This document shows, one piece after another, positions 37,801-51,498 of a stretch of 64,000 bases of DNA (positions are counted from its first letter, which is position 1; each line of letters opens with the position of its first letter). A program made the translations under genes and the position numbers. The DNA comes from a virus. Below the pieces are notes generated by a model that saw only the letters and a program-made list of their open reading frames with translations, was not told the DNA's origin and ran no database searches. The stretch covers positions 1-64,000 of IMG/VR virus record IMGVR_UViG_3300045125_000064; one strand, 5' to 3'.

Positions 37801-39400
37801 CATACAAAGATAGACTTCCATTAAGAGCTATTTGGGAACCATATAAATGGTTTGGTGGTAAAATATATCTTGATTATGATATAGAACTTGGAGACTATAA
37901 TACAACTTGTTCTGTTGTTGGTTCTTCCCCTTTATATGATAAGGCAGCAGAGAATTTTGTTGCTGAAAGTGCGAACTTCTTTCTGGAAGACACAAAGATG
38001 ACTTATCTAGCATCTAAACCAGAGGAACAGTGGAGATTTGATTTATCTGATCTGGATGCAGGATTAACTTCAAGAACAACAAAGAAATTTTCAATGGAAG
38101 TTGCTGTTCAAAAAAGAAACTTCTGCAACCATGATTCAGTATCATTTTATGGTCATGCTCCATATATCTATCATATACCTTTCTATAGCACAACAAACTG
38201 GGAAGATGTTTCATCAGGCAGCAAAGAACAAGACTTATCAATATCTCCAAGATTATATTTCACAGCAAGTCATACTGATAATACTGCATATGCAAGAGTA
38301 GAATTTGATATAGATAAATTAAGTTGGATAGATCCTATAAGATATTCTCAGATCTTATCAACTGGAAAAATTAGTTTACAAGATATTCAATCATTTTCAA
38401 CGGTTGAATATGTAAATGAAAGTATAAATAACTTTTTCACAAGTTCAATAACATCAAATATGACTTTGGATGCAGGAATAAATCTGTTTGATAAGAATGC
38501 AAGAAATGAATGGGTTATTAATAGTAAACATGAATGGCCATCTTTAGATTTTAGGCATGTTGAAGCAAATTCCTGTATCACAACAGATCCAGCAAGCGAA
38601 AACACCATCTGGAACAATAATGAGAGGATTGTGGCACCAGCTATCTTTCTCTGGTTCTAAATCTGACTTATCTGGTTTATTCTTGGGATTGAGGGATGAT
38701 AGAACAAGAAATCCAGCAGAAACTGGTTCTTTGATTGATGCATGTGGTTTTGCAAGAACTGAAAAGAGAATGTGTCAAATTGCTTCAAATAAAGAAATTT
38801 CAGAGGCTGTGTTGGTTATCCCATATGTATTTGATGATTGTAATAAAGAAACATTTTTTAATTTAAACATCGAAGATTTTGAAAGAGAATTTATTGAATA
38901 TGAGCAAACTGGAATAGTCGATAATTCAATTAAAAGATGCAATCGATAAGGCAAGAAGATATAACCTTCCTCCTGCATATGATTATTTTTATGAAAGAAG
39001 AAAAACTGGAAAGAAAATCTCTGAAAGAGAATTTACTTCAAATAAACCATTTGCAATGTATATTTTTGAAGTAAAAGACACTTTTGATGAGAGAGATATG
39101 ATGTATATCTGGCAAAATATTGCACCAAAGAATACAATGTACCTGAAAAATCATTCTTTTGAAATTTCTCATCCCATTAATAATAGAGAGATGCTAAATT
39201 GTGAACTTCCAAAAGATGTGAGATTTAAGGTTATTAAAGTAAAGAAAAAAGCATACACTTCTTACCAACAAGTAGAAGATCTAAAATTTGGAACAAATCT
39301 ACATAAAGAAGAAAGAAGCTACAACTGGCCACATGATTTTTATAGTTTGGTTGAATTAGGTAAAGTCGATGTTTGTCTAACATATGGAGAAAATGTTTAA
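31819..39400 (+). CDS. Giant (~2500 aa) baseplate protein, gp7/P2-gpI-like with LamG/concanavalin-A domains (frameshifted)
   Basis: FTIEFW, NNWHHYALT, FDDFRVWK..R, LSLYYKFNEG (LamG); IYNNLAYIAKSKGTEKSFRNLIRCFG (~33480, KGT motif); C-terminal YNWPHDFYSLVEL. Confidence 0.65.
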
Positions 39401-40179
39401 TGATATTTGATGCTAAACAAGAAGTGATGGACATATCGTTAACAGATGTTGGCAAAAAGTCTCTCACTAGTTTCAATTTTATCCCATATTATTATATGTT
39501 CTCAGATGATGGGGTAATATACAATTCACAACATGGCGAGGAACAATCGAACATAACTGACAGAATTAAAACAACATTTTGTGAGAAGACAAACCCAAAA
39601 TATATTTATTCAATCCTTGGAAATGGTGATGGCTCTCAATTTGCACCATATTGGAACATTAAATTTTCTGGAACATCTCAGCAAAATGTGTTATATTATT
39701 ATGAAGGGTCAACAATAGTTTCATCTTCAACTGTGAGCACTGTTCCTCTTGAAGATATGTTTAAAATGAAAACTGTTGATTTTTTGGCAAAACTCTTCCA
39801 AATTTTTATTTAAAAATAAAAGACTCCAAAGATATAAATAAATTTGAATCAATTCCACAGATTTATTGCAAAGATTAAAACAAAATTATATTTTGACAAT
39901 GTAGAAAAACAAATTTATCATGCTTTTAAAGACAAAAAAATTTTTATGCAACTTGAAGAACTCAACACTTTATACACAGATGACGGAGATGAGTTCGAAT
40001 TGGAAGTTTTGAATATATTTTGGACAAGAATACAACTGATGATATTACAGTTAAAAAACTAAGTTCTGAAGAAATTACAAGTAAATTTAATATAGTCCTT
40101 GACAAAGAAGATAAACTTTATAATGATAAATTCAACATTTATGAGTGATAAGATTTTGGAGGTTAAAGAACAGTGCTAA
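39400..40179 (+). CDS. Structural protein with LTxxG tail-collar-type N-terminus (frameshifted)
   Basis: MIFDAKQEVMDISLTDVGKKSL...YYMFSDDGVIY. Confidence 0.5.
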
Positions 40180-41255
40180 ATAATTATACTTTAAGCCAAA
40201 ACAAAAAGCAATATTATATTTCTTTAGATTTTGTATCTAAACCTTATATTATATATCATACTGATAATATTGAAATTAACATATTTTTTAATCTATTTTT
40301 GTATAACAAACAAATAGATTCCTATAATTTTGAGGTTTGATGATGACAATTATTTCATATGTAATAATCTTTCTGGCTATAAGTTCTGGATTGATATTGA
40401 AAGACAAAAAATAACAGCTCATAATATTGAGAAAATTAATACACAATTATTAAAAATATCTTTCTTGTGTCCATATCCAAAAAAAATAAAACAAACTTCA
40501 ATGACATTCACTTATTCTATGCCAAATATTTTGGCTATTTTTATTAATGATGTTGTTTTACCAAATTACAAAAAAAATGTTTCAAAATATTATTCTATAT
40601 TTTTTGATGGACTACAACATATTAGTGAAGAAGAAGAGATAAGACAAATTGAAGATAATGTAAAAAAACTGCTTAAAAATATTAACACAACAAATGCTGT
40701 TGGTAATAGAACAAGTACAATTGTTTTAAAACAAAAGCCTAAAGTATTAATTTCTTATCAAAAGATGTACTAGAACACATATTTTCTAATGCAATTGATA
40801 GTGGTTTAAAAATAATTGATAATTCTAATCTGTTGACACAATTCTATTCAAAACAACTGGTACTCAATAAGCAAACAGAGTTCATAAATCTATCATCCGT
40901 ATCAACAATATTGCCAGATTTAAATTTTGAAAGTCGTTCAGCATGTATATCAGAACAGTCTAATTCTAATAATACAACAATTCCAAATATTATAAAGATA
41001 TTAAGTCTTTTCCATGGGAACTATTTAACATATGAACAAGCAACTGATTTACTGCAAGTGCATAATTCGCTAGAAGAAACAAATACGTATCTCTTAAAAG
41101 ATGTTGGAATAAATTATAAACATATGTCCAACAAGGATGGTATTATTCTTCCAAATCTAGTTACTACAAATGAGCCTGGAGATGGCAGAATTGAAAAGAC
41201 TCTTGCTCATAACATTTTGGAAGTTCCAGCTATAGGAAGTTATTACTTAGAATGA
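40173..41255 (+). CDS. Hypothetical protein (frameshifted)
   Basis: GGAGG SD + GTG; ORF pieces 40330..40773 and 40833..41255. Confidence 0.45.
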
Positions 41256-43734
41256 ACACAACAAATCTAAATTACAACTATTCTTGTAATAATAGCTATC
41301 ATTATGATATTTTTAGTATTTTGAAAGGTAACTTTCTGTATCAGCTAGGTAGAAAAATCTACGACATCAAAGACAAGAAACCTTTTACAGAATATGATAT
41401 TAATGAATTTCACAAACTACAAGACATTGAGCAAGAAGTAAAGTGGTGCAGCAACATAAGAATAAAGTATCCAGATTTTTCAGAATATAGTGATGAAGCC
41501 TTACTTGTTCTTGCGACAGCAATGGCAGTTGCTTATCCTTCAACAAAGACACTTGATATGAATTATGAGTTCAAACTCATAGAATCTCAGCAAGAAAAGT
41601 ATGGCAAATCTCAGCTTAAAGAATCAATAAATAAAGAATTCTATACCATAGAAATTCATGTTGCTTATCATAACATTTATGATATATCAAGAATCAAAAA
41701 CATTTTTAGATTCTTGTATGGCAACAAAACATTTGAAATTACTGCAAAAAACAAAAACTACAATACAATTACCATCGAATCTAAACAATATGTTTCGAAG
41801 AATCCAATTAATTATTTGGCTTTTTTTGAAACATATACTAAAGAAATAATTATAGAAATGTTGTAGAAAATAGAAATCATACTGATAGCGTGGTAAAGAA
41901 TAAAGTTATTCCTCATTATAATTATTGGACAAAATATGAAACAAAAGAATTTGGCGGAATAAGCCCACTAGAAAGAAAGGAAACCACTCTTTCAAACCTT
42001 TATTTTGATAACCAATTTTATGAGCAATCAAATAGAAAGCCATTAGATGATAAAATGGTAGAAGACAATCCAGCAAGCACATCATTCTATGTTGAACCAG
42101 ATTCTCTGGAGCAGAAAAAGCTTGAACAGGATTCTTTGAATGTGAAGTATGCTTCATATTTAAAATATGAGTTATACAAACCAGATAATACCAAATCATA
42201 CATTCTTTCAAATAAAGATAAGGCAAATGTAGTGTTTCTATACAACAGTAAGAGACAAAACCTATCTGAATTTGAGCTATATAATGAAAATCTAAGAACA
42301 AACAAGAAAATACAATATTACGATTTTTCTATTGATTCTGCTGAAGCTGAGTGAAGATTCTTTTATGATTATGCCATCTGCGAATGGAAAATTTATGAAA
42401 GTATTTGATAATCAATATGCTGAATCAAAACTCAACAAGTTTACGCAGTGTGTTGGCAAAAATCAACCAGTTGTTTCTTACTTGGATGATTATTTAGCAA
42501 TTTTAGATAATATTCTTTCAATCAATCCATCTTTTTCTAATTCTTTGATGATTAATCAATCAGAACATCTTGGATACTGTGTTTTATAAGAACAATGTAT
42601 CAAAGCTAACAAGACAACAGGAGTATTTGATTCCAAGAATCGACTCAGATGTTCAGTATTATGATACACAAACCTTCTGGGGTTCAAATTATAGTATAAA
42701 AATTGATAGATTATATGGTTCAGTGGGAAGAAGAATCAAATATGTATTCAATCCAAAATCTATGGAAGTTTCCAGATTATAACAAACCTCTAAAAAATAA
42801 TCCCTTAACATCATTTTCTATCAAACATTCGCTAGATATTGAGCTTAGAAATCTTTTGACTTTCTACCAAGAAGTAAATTATCAAGACAATGTGCTTGTA
42901 TATGACAACGAGCCATCTATTGTTGATGCACAAATTTCTCATTATAAAGATACCAATAATATTAAAATTTTCTTTGGTTCAACAATTGAAAAATATGAGC
43001 TGGAAAGAACAAAATATATGGAGCAGATGAAATATCTGTCAACAATAGGTGGAATAACAGAAGCAAGTGTATATTTACAAATTGCTCTTGCAGAATTAGT
43101 TCAAAAGTATAATTCTTATGAAGACAATTCCAAAAAGTTATTATTTTTATATGAAAATGATATTGATAAATACGAATGTATAATATTAGATGACAAAAAA
43201 CAGTTTTATAAACATTATTCAAGTAAATATCCTAATAAGAGCTTGAAAATTTGCTTGGAAAGTGACAAAAAATTCTATTTTATTCTTTACTGTGTGGATA
43301 AACATAAAAAGTTTTCACCTTTAACTGTATATTCTGTGGAATTGGTAAGCAATTTATCAAATTATCCAATTATAGAATATATTGATATTGATGAATTTTT
43401 GCATGGTAATAAAAAAGAGATCCAAGAGCTTGTATTCAAAAAATCTCTGTTAATTGAACCATCAAATAGCAACTATTTTTCATATTATAAGTTGTATGAT
43501 GACGTAAAAGCACAAGTTGATAAAAATGAACAATTTTGGGACATTCCAACAGATTCTGGAGAAGCACAAACAAGAATACCAAAATATAAATTTAGAATAA
43601 AATCAAAGAAAACTGGAAGAACCTTAGATTTAAATGTCAACTTTGAACGAGAAAAAATAAACATTAAGGATGGCATAGATAAAGAACAAAATATGCTTGG
43701 TGACTCTTGGAAATGGGAAAAAATCACAGTATAA
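41252..43734 (+). CDS. Hypothetical structural-module protein (one frameshifted gene or several)
   Basis: Contiguous ORFs ending in KYKFRIKSKKTGRTLDLNVNF. Confidence 0.45.
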
Positions 43735-43764
43735 CATATTTATGTAAGACACAGGAGAATATAG

Positions 43765-44749
43765 ATGAAGCTGGACAATGAAGGATTTTTAGTAATAGAC
43801 GCAATTTTGACCAATCTTGGCAGAAAAAGACTGGCAGAGAGCAACGGAGTTTTAACCAATAAGAAAATATGCGGCTTTTGGTGATTCAGAAATTATCCAT
43901 AATTTATATGATATAAACAATGTTTTCAACATCAGAAGCAAAAATACTGCTAACCCCAATCTCAGAAGCTTCTCCAGATGATTCTATTGGGCCTTGAAAA
44001 TATAAGCTTATTGAGCAATCTAGATAAAACTCTTTCGTATTTACCAACTCTACAAGTCAATACTGATTCAAATACTCTTTATGGTCTACCAAATATTAAT
44101 ATTGCAACAGATACTTTAAAAAGGTTCAATATACAGGTGGTAATCTTCTCTAATCAGTAGTGCCTCCAGAAGGATATAAATTCTTCAGTTCATGTTAGCT
44201 ATGGTGGAAATTTACAGCCTGGAGAAATAGATGGTTCAACTTCACAAAAAGCTTCAGAAAGATTGATGTCATATTGACCAGGGAATAAACAGTACAGCTA
44301 AAGGCGAGAAGGGAACAAGCTTAGATCCAAATCTTTTGGAAACTCAATTCTATATTAAATTAGATGCAAAATTTGGCAGATTAGTTTCAAGAAATGGAGT
44401 TTATGTCGATTCAGGTGTTAGTTCAAACCTGGAAAATATTGACTCAGATTATATTGCAACATACTCATTTAGCATGGAAAATGATCCAGAATTTTTTAGT
44501 GCTGCTCCACCAAAAGGAAACACATCAATAAATGGACCAGTTGGTCGTCAATTTGTGTTTTCCATTGCAGCAAGTGATTTCTTAATGAATAATTACAGCT
44601 ATGCAGGTCAAGTATATGGTGAATTGAAAGCAATAACAGATGCGACATATAATATCTATGGAATAGATTCATATGTGGAAATAATAGGTAATACATTTGG
44701 AAGAAGTGTAAGAATACCAATAACTTATTTTGTTTTTCTTCCAAAATAA
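43765..44749 (+). CDS. Baseplate/tail-collar-type structural protein (frameshifted)
   Basis: AGGAG SD; LDNEGFLVIDAILTNLGRKRLA..AFGDSEI resembles the phage tail-collar fibre (DUF3751) N-terminus. Confidence 0.55.
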
Positions 44750-44766
44750 CAGGAGTTTAAAATATA

Positions 44767-45844
44767 ATGGCAGGTACATATTCATTCTTTTCAGCAAACG
44801 ATATCTCAACTGGTGTTAACACTCAGTTATATGAAGGTGTTGTATTAACCTCTTCTGTTATGAGAAGTTCATCATATGCAGACTTAAATGTAAAAACTTA
44901 TACACATGGCATGTTTAATACTGTCTATGATTATCCATATTTATCATCATCAGCAAATGCTTTGTTCTCAATCACAGCAGCAACCAGAAGCAATTCTCCA
45001 GCGATCACAGATGGAGCAAATAAAGTCATTGTTTATGACCATTATTCATATACAGCATTTGGTGTTGATCAAACAGGAAGTATAATTCCAGCAAATTGCA
45101 CAGCATCAACAGCAACAGCGTCATTCTCAGCAAATCCTTTGGCTGACGATGTGATGAGCAAATTGATTGCTATTGATTTTAGCAGAATTGTTGCAAAAGA
45201 TGAGATTAAAAAGGGGACATTTAGATTATCATATGTCAGAGAAATAAATTATGCTTGGACTTCTTCCCCTTTAACAGCTTTTTTATGATTCTACTGTGAG
45301 TGGAAACTGATAATTTCTGGTCAAATTCTCCATTGGGCGAATATGGTCTGTTATACGACTCGCAACAATCTTTACAATGTGGTCTAATTTTTTATAAACA
45401 AGGTCTTGTTTTAATTGATCCATACAGAACAGCTTTAAGATCTCCATTGATAGAATTTTATTCATCAAGTGCAGGAACTGTATATGATCTTGTTCAATCG
45501 TTTGAAAGTCAATCAATTGAGCAAGTTGCCAACAACTTCAAAATAGAATTGATCAAATTTCATTCTCAAGCTCTGTTAATTTGTATTCAACAGTCTACAA
45601 TTGTTCAGCAGGAAGTGCAAAATTCTTGCATAGCTCAAACCCAACATTTGTTTCTTCATCAGGACAGATCAAAACAGCAAAGGTTAATGCATTTGGTGAT
45701 GCTCAGACAAGTCCAGTTACTTTCGTGACTGAAATCGGTCTATACAGTGCAAACGATGAACTCTTGGCAATTGCAAAGTTAAGTGAGCCACAAAAAATAA
45801 GCGAAATGAGCCAGCCATCTTTCAAGATTAAGCTAGATTATTAA
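44767..45844 (+). CDS. Baseplate/tail-collar-type structural protein (frameshifted)
   Basis: KDEIKKGTF, GLIFYKQG, SSNPTF, FVTEIGLYSANDELLAIAKLSEP..KIKLDY. Confidence 0.65.
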
Positions 45845-45849
45845 TAAGA

Positions 45850-46896
45850 ATGGAAAAATTTGAACAAAATGACATAATAAGAAATACTATCATTTCATAT
45901 CCTTCCTACACAATTGATATGTATAATGATAGTATTTATCTTAATTCTGTCAGTTCAGAAGGAAACCAACAACAAGACAAAATATATCTAACAAGTCAAG
46001 TATCTTCTTCATACTTTAAAAGATATTTTTGCAGAACAGATGGGAATTCTGACACATATCCAGTGTATAGCAACTATGAAGTCGAGCCATTTCTAAATTC
46101 ACTTTATAGTTCTATGAATTATTATTCTGTTAAATCAAGATATTATAATCAAACATATTATTTTGACACAGGAAGCAATAAACTTCTTGCAAATTCGTAT
46201 TTTAATTTGATGAAAATAACTCCACTATTGTTTGGAACAAAGATAAGACCTGGTACAATCAATCTTGAATATTATTTCACTGGTTCTTTAATTTCGTCTG
46301 CAACAGATCACAAAAAAAATGGAGAAATAATTTCAAATTATGGGACAACAAGTGGAAGCGTTATAGGTATTGCTTTTTATTCTGAAGGATATATTCTCCT
46401 TACATCAAGTGTCGCATTAAATTCCGAATCAGAGTATTTTAAGATGCCAACTTCGTCCCTTGGAACACCAATGACTGATAATCCAAAATGGTGTTACTTT
46501 GGATGTTATCAAAATACAAACATTATAGATAATTATGCAATTGATAGTTCTTCTTATAAAATATCGTTTGAAGGTGTTAATGAAACACAAGTTATGACAA
46601 TGTTTGCTCATATGCCAAGAAATAAATATGCTTGGAGTAATAACCTTACATTTATGTCAAGTTCTCAAGTGTTTAAAACAACAATAGATTCAGTTAAAGA
46701 AAGTGATAAAGAATATATTTATGCAACTAATGGAAATATCACAAATTACTCCTCTTCTTATGATCCACAAACATTTTTGTCAAAAGTTCTAATCTACAAT
46801 CAAAACAAAGAACTTCTTGCTGTATGTTCATTATCAAAAAACACACTTAAGAGGCAGAAAGACAATTTTTCTGTTAAAATGACTCTTGACATATAG
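45850..46896 (+). CDS. Paralog of the preceding structural protein
   Basis: Intact 348 aa; GTKIRPGTI, GIAFYSEG, TFLSKVLIYNQNKELLAVCSLSK..KMTLDI. Confidence 0.65.
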   Translation: MEKFEQNDIIRNTIISYPSYTIDMYNDSIYLNSVSSEGNQQQDKIYLTSQVSSSYFKRYFCRTDGNSDTYPVYSNYEVEPFLNSLYSSMNYYSVKSRYYNQTYYFDTGSNKLLANSYFNLMKITPLLFGTKIRPGTINLEYYFTGSLISSATDHKKNGEIISNYGTTSGSVIGIAFYSEGYILLTSSVALNSESEYFKMPTSSLGTPMTDNPKWCYFGCYQNTNIIDNYAIDSSSYKISFEGVNETQVMTMFAHMPRNKYAWSNNLTFMSSSQVFKTTIDSVKESDKEYIYATNGNITNYSSSYDPQTFLSKVLIYNQNKELLAVCSLSKNTLKRQKDNFSVKMTLDI

Positions 46897-46931
46897 TATA
46901 ATGTCCCAAAGTTCACAAATATGAGGTATAA

Positions 46932-47480
46932 ATGTTAATAATCGGTTTAGATGTATCTTCAACTGTTACTGGTGTTGCAGTTGTTAAAGATGGAAAATTA
47001 ATAAAAAATGAAGGGATTGATTTGAAAAAACTTAAGAATTTTTTCACAAAAGCAGAGCATGTTGAAAGATATCTTGAAGAACTTGCTGAAGAATATCAAC
47101 CAGATGCAATATATATTGAAGAGCCTCTAAAAGCCTTTGCATCAGGTCTATCATCAGCATCAACTATTGCTTCACTGACAAGATTTAATGGCCTTGTAAG
47201 CTGGCTTGTATATAAGATCTGGGGTAAAATGCTAGAGTATGTTTCTTGTCAACATGCAAGAAAATTGTATGGTGTTGTGATCAACAAAGTAAACAAAGAG
47301 AACGGCAAGGATGCTGCCTTCAGAACAGTTATTGACAAAGAGCCTGATTTTCGTGTAAACTACAACAGACTAGGAAATGTTGCTGCGTCAACAAAGGATA
47401 TGTCTGATGCAGTTGTCATTGCGAGAGCAGGTGAAAAATTATGGAGTCAAGGGATAGTTCAAAAGATAGAAGAAGACTAG
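46932..47480 (+). CDS. RuvC-like Holliday junction resolvase
   Basis: IIGLDVSSTVTGVAV, IYIEEP, DMSDAVVIA (RNase H-fold acidic residues). Confidence 0.85.
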   Translation: MLIIGLDVSSTVTGVAVVKDGKLIKNEGIDLKKLKNFFTKAEHVERYLEELAEEYQPDAIYIEEPLKAFASGLSSASTIASLTRFNGLVSWLVYKIWGKMLEYVSCQHARKLYGVVINKVNKENGKDAAFRTVIDKEPDFRVNYNRLGNVAASTKDMSDAVVIARAGEKLWSQGIVQKIEED

Positions 47481-48393
47481 AGATATTAGAAGAGATCTTT
47501 GGAAGTTATACAAAATCAGGAAGAGAACACCTGTTCTCATGTAAATTTTGTAATCATCACAAGAAAAAACTGTCAATCAATATAGAAAAGAATTGCTATA
47601 AATGTTGGGTTTGTAACAAGTCTGGAAAAAGCATAACCAGACTTGTTATTGCCTTTGGAAACACATTTCAGAAACAAAAGTGGCAACTTATTGAACCAGA
47701 TTCATATTTTATGAATCAACAGCATGAGATCTTTGTTGATCCGACAATAACCCTACCAGAAGAATTTATTTCTGCAACATCTGGAAATCTAAAACAATAT
47801 ATAATAAATTCATAAGATATTTGCATTCTAGAGGTCTTGATGATAAAGATATATGGAAATGGAAGCCTGGATTTGTTATTGGTGGAGAATTGAATAACAG
47901 AGTAGTTTTCCCATCTGTCAATGATAAAGGAAAATGTGGTTATTATGTTGCAAGAACTATTGTGGATGATTTTATTCCGTATATGAATCCAGATGTTGAG
48001 AAATCTCATATTATTTTCAATGAGCTTAATCTTAATTTTGAAAAATCAATGGTTCTTGTCGAAGGTGTATTTGATGCAATTATTGCAGGAGACAATTCAG
48101 TTCCAATCCTTGGCTCAACACTTCCAGAAGATTCAAAGCTGTTCAGAAAGATATCAGAATATGGCACTCCAGTTTATCTTGCATTAGATCCAGATGCAGA
48201 AGAAAAACAATTGAAGATTGTGGAAGATCTATTACAATATGATATTGATTGCTTCTTAATTGACGTTGAACCGTTCAAAGATGTGGGAAGTATGACAAAA
48301 CAAGAGTTCCAGGAAAGAAAAGAACAAGCAACACAGATGACCCTAGATTCAATGCTAGAATACAAGATGATACAACAATTTAAACGAGGATAA
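47441..48393 (+). CDS. DNA primase (zinc-binding + TOPRIM; frameshift ~47810)
   Basis: CKFCNHHKKKL..YKCWVC; SRGL; RVVFP; VLVEGVFDA; LALDPDA; KDVG. Confidence 0.88.
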
Positions 48394-48397
48394 AAAG

Positions 48398-49470
48398 ATG
48401 ATTAGAATTGCCCACTTGGCTGATACACATATCAAAACTCTAAAAGACCACGACTTATATACCGAGAGATGTTTAAAGATTTAAAATTAAAGTTGGAAAA
48501 AGAAAAGCCAGATTTTATTATTCACTGTGGAGACATTGTTCATTCAAAGACAGTTATGTCTCCAGGATTGGTTCAATTGATATCAGAATTTCTGACAATG
48601 TTATCCGACATTGCTCCAACTTATCTTATTCTTGGAAATCATGATATAAACCTAAGAAATCCAGACAGAGAAGATGCAATTTCGCCAATTGTTTCTTTGC
48701 ATGAACGTATAACAGAATATCCAAGAATTAAATTACTAAAAGGATATCAAAAGTATATCTGGATTATGACTTTACTTTACATGCATTTTGCAGAACAGAT
48801 GAAGAGAACTGGAAGGGAAAACAAATAGACCTTGAAGAAGGGGTCAATATTGGCTTATACCACGGCTCTATTTCAGGATGCGTCACAGACTCAGGTTATA
48901 CTTTAAAAGACTCAGAAGAGCAAATAGACACGTTTAAAGCGATGGATTATTTGTTGCTGGGAGACATTCATAAAAGACAGCAGATGTAGGAAGGATGGAA
49001 CGGCATGGTATCCAGGCTCAACAATCCAACAAAACTTTGGAGAGGAAGAAAATAAAGGATTCCTTATGTGGAAATTCAGCATCCACTTCATTCTAGTCAG
49101 AATTTGTTGAGTAAAATCCTCAGCCATATAAAACTGTACATTATTGGATGAATATGGTCTTTGTCAAACTTATTTTGACCCAGATGCTGAAACAAAACCA
49201 AAGGTTCGTTTGCTTGTTCCAGAAGATTTAGCAAGGTAGACAAACAGGCCATATTAGAAAGCTGGAAAGATGAATGCTCAAGTGTTGAAATCAGAAACAC
49301 ATCGAAGAAGACTTGTTGGCAGAAGAAAAGCAGAGAGCAAAACAACAGTATTTGATGTTAACCAATATGTAGATAAATTTTTGAACAAATATGAGCAATC
49401 ATTTCAAGATGATGCAAAACTTATTATTGATGACTTAAAGAGAAAGAGCAAAGATTTCTTCATTAATGTC
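48398..49470 (+). CDS. sbcD: SbcD/Mre11/gp47-like metallophosphoesterase nuclease (frameshifted)
   Basis: IAHLADTHI, CGDIVH, LGNHD, LYHG, LGDIHK, YPGSTIQQNFGE. Confidence 0.88.
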
Positions 49471-51498
49471 TGTTTCAAGATGGAATGTGCTATCTTGTAA
49501 ATGGAATAACATGTTCAACTTTGGGAAGATAATGATATAGATTTACAAGATATAATTCACAAACTCTTGGTATATTTGGCAAAAATTACAGTGGCAAAAG
49601 CTCCATTGTTGAGACAATCTTATATTCAATTTATGGTATAACATCAAAGAATATAAAGAAGAACATAAATTATATAAATGATAAGAAAAACAATGCATTC
49701 ACAGAAGTAAAGATTCAAGCAGATGGAAAGATTTACACCATCCAAAGAACAATAGAGATAACAAATAAGAAAAAGGAAGAAGCAAAGTCAACTGTGGACT
49801 TCTTTATTGAAGATGGAATGATAACGCTGAATGGTGTTGACAAAAATGAGACAGAAAAAGCAATCATTGAAAAGTTTGGTTCTCCAGATTATTTTATGAT
49901 GAGTTCAATAATCACACAGTTCAATTCAATGCAGTTTGTTGAATCAGCCTCCACAAAAGAGAAAGAAATATTATCAAATTTTCTTGATTTGAAATCTTTG
50001 GACTTGTTGTTTGATGAGGCGAAAGAACTCTTTAAAAGAAAAAGAAAAGGTACTCGTTAAGCATTATGAATCATTAGATTTGCACAAGAAGCTGGAATTG
50101 ATTGAAGAACAACAAAAATTTGATTTTGATTCTGCGATATCTACTTTAAAACAGAAAATCATTGATAATAGCACTTGGCCAAAGAGAATATAAGACTTAT
50201 AAAGATTCTCAATCCTCAAGAGAAGAATACAAAACATATTTGACAAAGCATGGTGTTAAGGATATTGATATGTTTCTTCTTACATTAGAAGAATCAAAGA
50301 AAACGTACCAGCAATCATTGGATGAAACACTGCAAAAATGTGAAAAATTGAGAGATATTTTACAAAATATGAAAATTTATTAAAAGAAGTTAATGCGGAA
50401 GAAATCAAAAGAAAAATACAAAGCTTATAAGAAATTAGTAAATGAAAAAAGTGCTTTGCATGTTTCTTTGGATAGATTGAATTCAAAGAATTCTATTCTT
50501 TATAAGTCTTTTTCTGTGATAGATAAAATTCCATGTGAAAAGATTTATATAAAATATGTCCTCTGACAAAAACGCTATTGATGCGAAATGAATATGAAAA
50601 TAACTGTGATGGTATTAAAGAATATAATGAAGAGATATCTAAAATTGATGCAGAAATATCGAACAAATATGATAATATTGAAGAAGATATGAAGATGATT
50701 AAAGAGATGGAAGACAAATACAATGTTAAAAAGAATGAGCAAATTTCCTGTTTAAAAATATATCAAACTTGAAAGAACAAATATCTTTGATAGAAAACAG
50801 ATATAGTCACCTAAATTCAAATAAACATCTCGCCCCATCAGAAGAAGATAAACAAAATGATAAATTATATTCCTACGATAAATATATGAATAGTGTTGAG
50901 GAAAACAAAACACTAAGCAAAGAAATTTCAACTCACGAAGCCAAGAGAATATCTCTTCAAATTGAGAAGAAGAATGTAGAGGAAAATATATTAGAAAAGG
51001 ACAAAACATCGTATCAATTTACATTGTATGATGCTGTGTCAAAATTATTCCATAGTAATGGCATTGTTTTTGAAATAATCAAGGATTTCATACCCTTCTT
51101 AAATGAAAAGATTCAAACATTACTTCTAGGTGTTGTTGACTTCACTGTTTATCTTGAGGAACAAAATGATAAGCTTGAAATCTTCTTAAAACATCAAGAA
51201 CAGAATACAAGATTGATTGAACTTTGTTCCGGGTCGGAAAAGATGTTTGCTTCAATGGCAATAAGAGTTGCTTTAACAAAGCTGGGGAAATATACCGCTT
51301 TCAAGTCTATTTATCTTGGATGAACCTGCAACTTCATTGGACCAAGAACATATTATTCAGTTTGGAAGCATTCTAGAAATGATAAAGAGTGAATTTGACA
51401 ATATCGTCTTAATCACACACTTAGATATTCTGAAAGATTACGCAGACAAACAGATAAATGTTGGAAACAAGAATGGATTTGCTATTTTGGAGGACTAA
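49466..51498 (+). CDS. sbcC: SbcC/Rad50/gp46-like ABC ATPase (frameshifted; possibly fused to the SbcD part)
   Basis: WNNMFNFG, GIFGKNYSGKSS (Walker A), coiled coil, LCSGSEK (signature), YLDEP (Walker B), ITH. Confidence 0.88.

Noticed and set aside
46886-46902. TTGACA and TATAAT before the RuvC-like gene
   Set aside because: The spacer is only 5 nt. A promoter is plausible at this module boundary but cannot be called from these hexamers.
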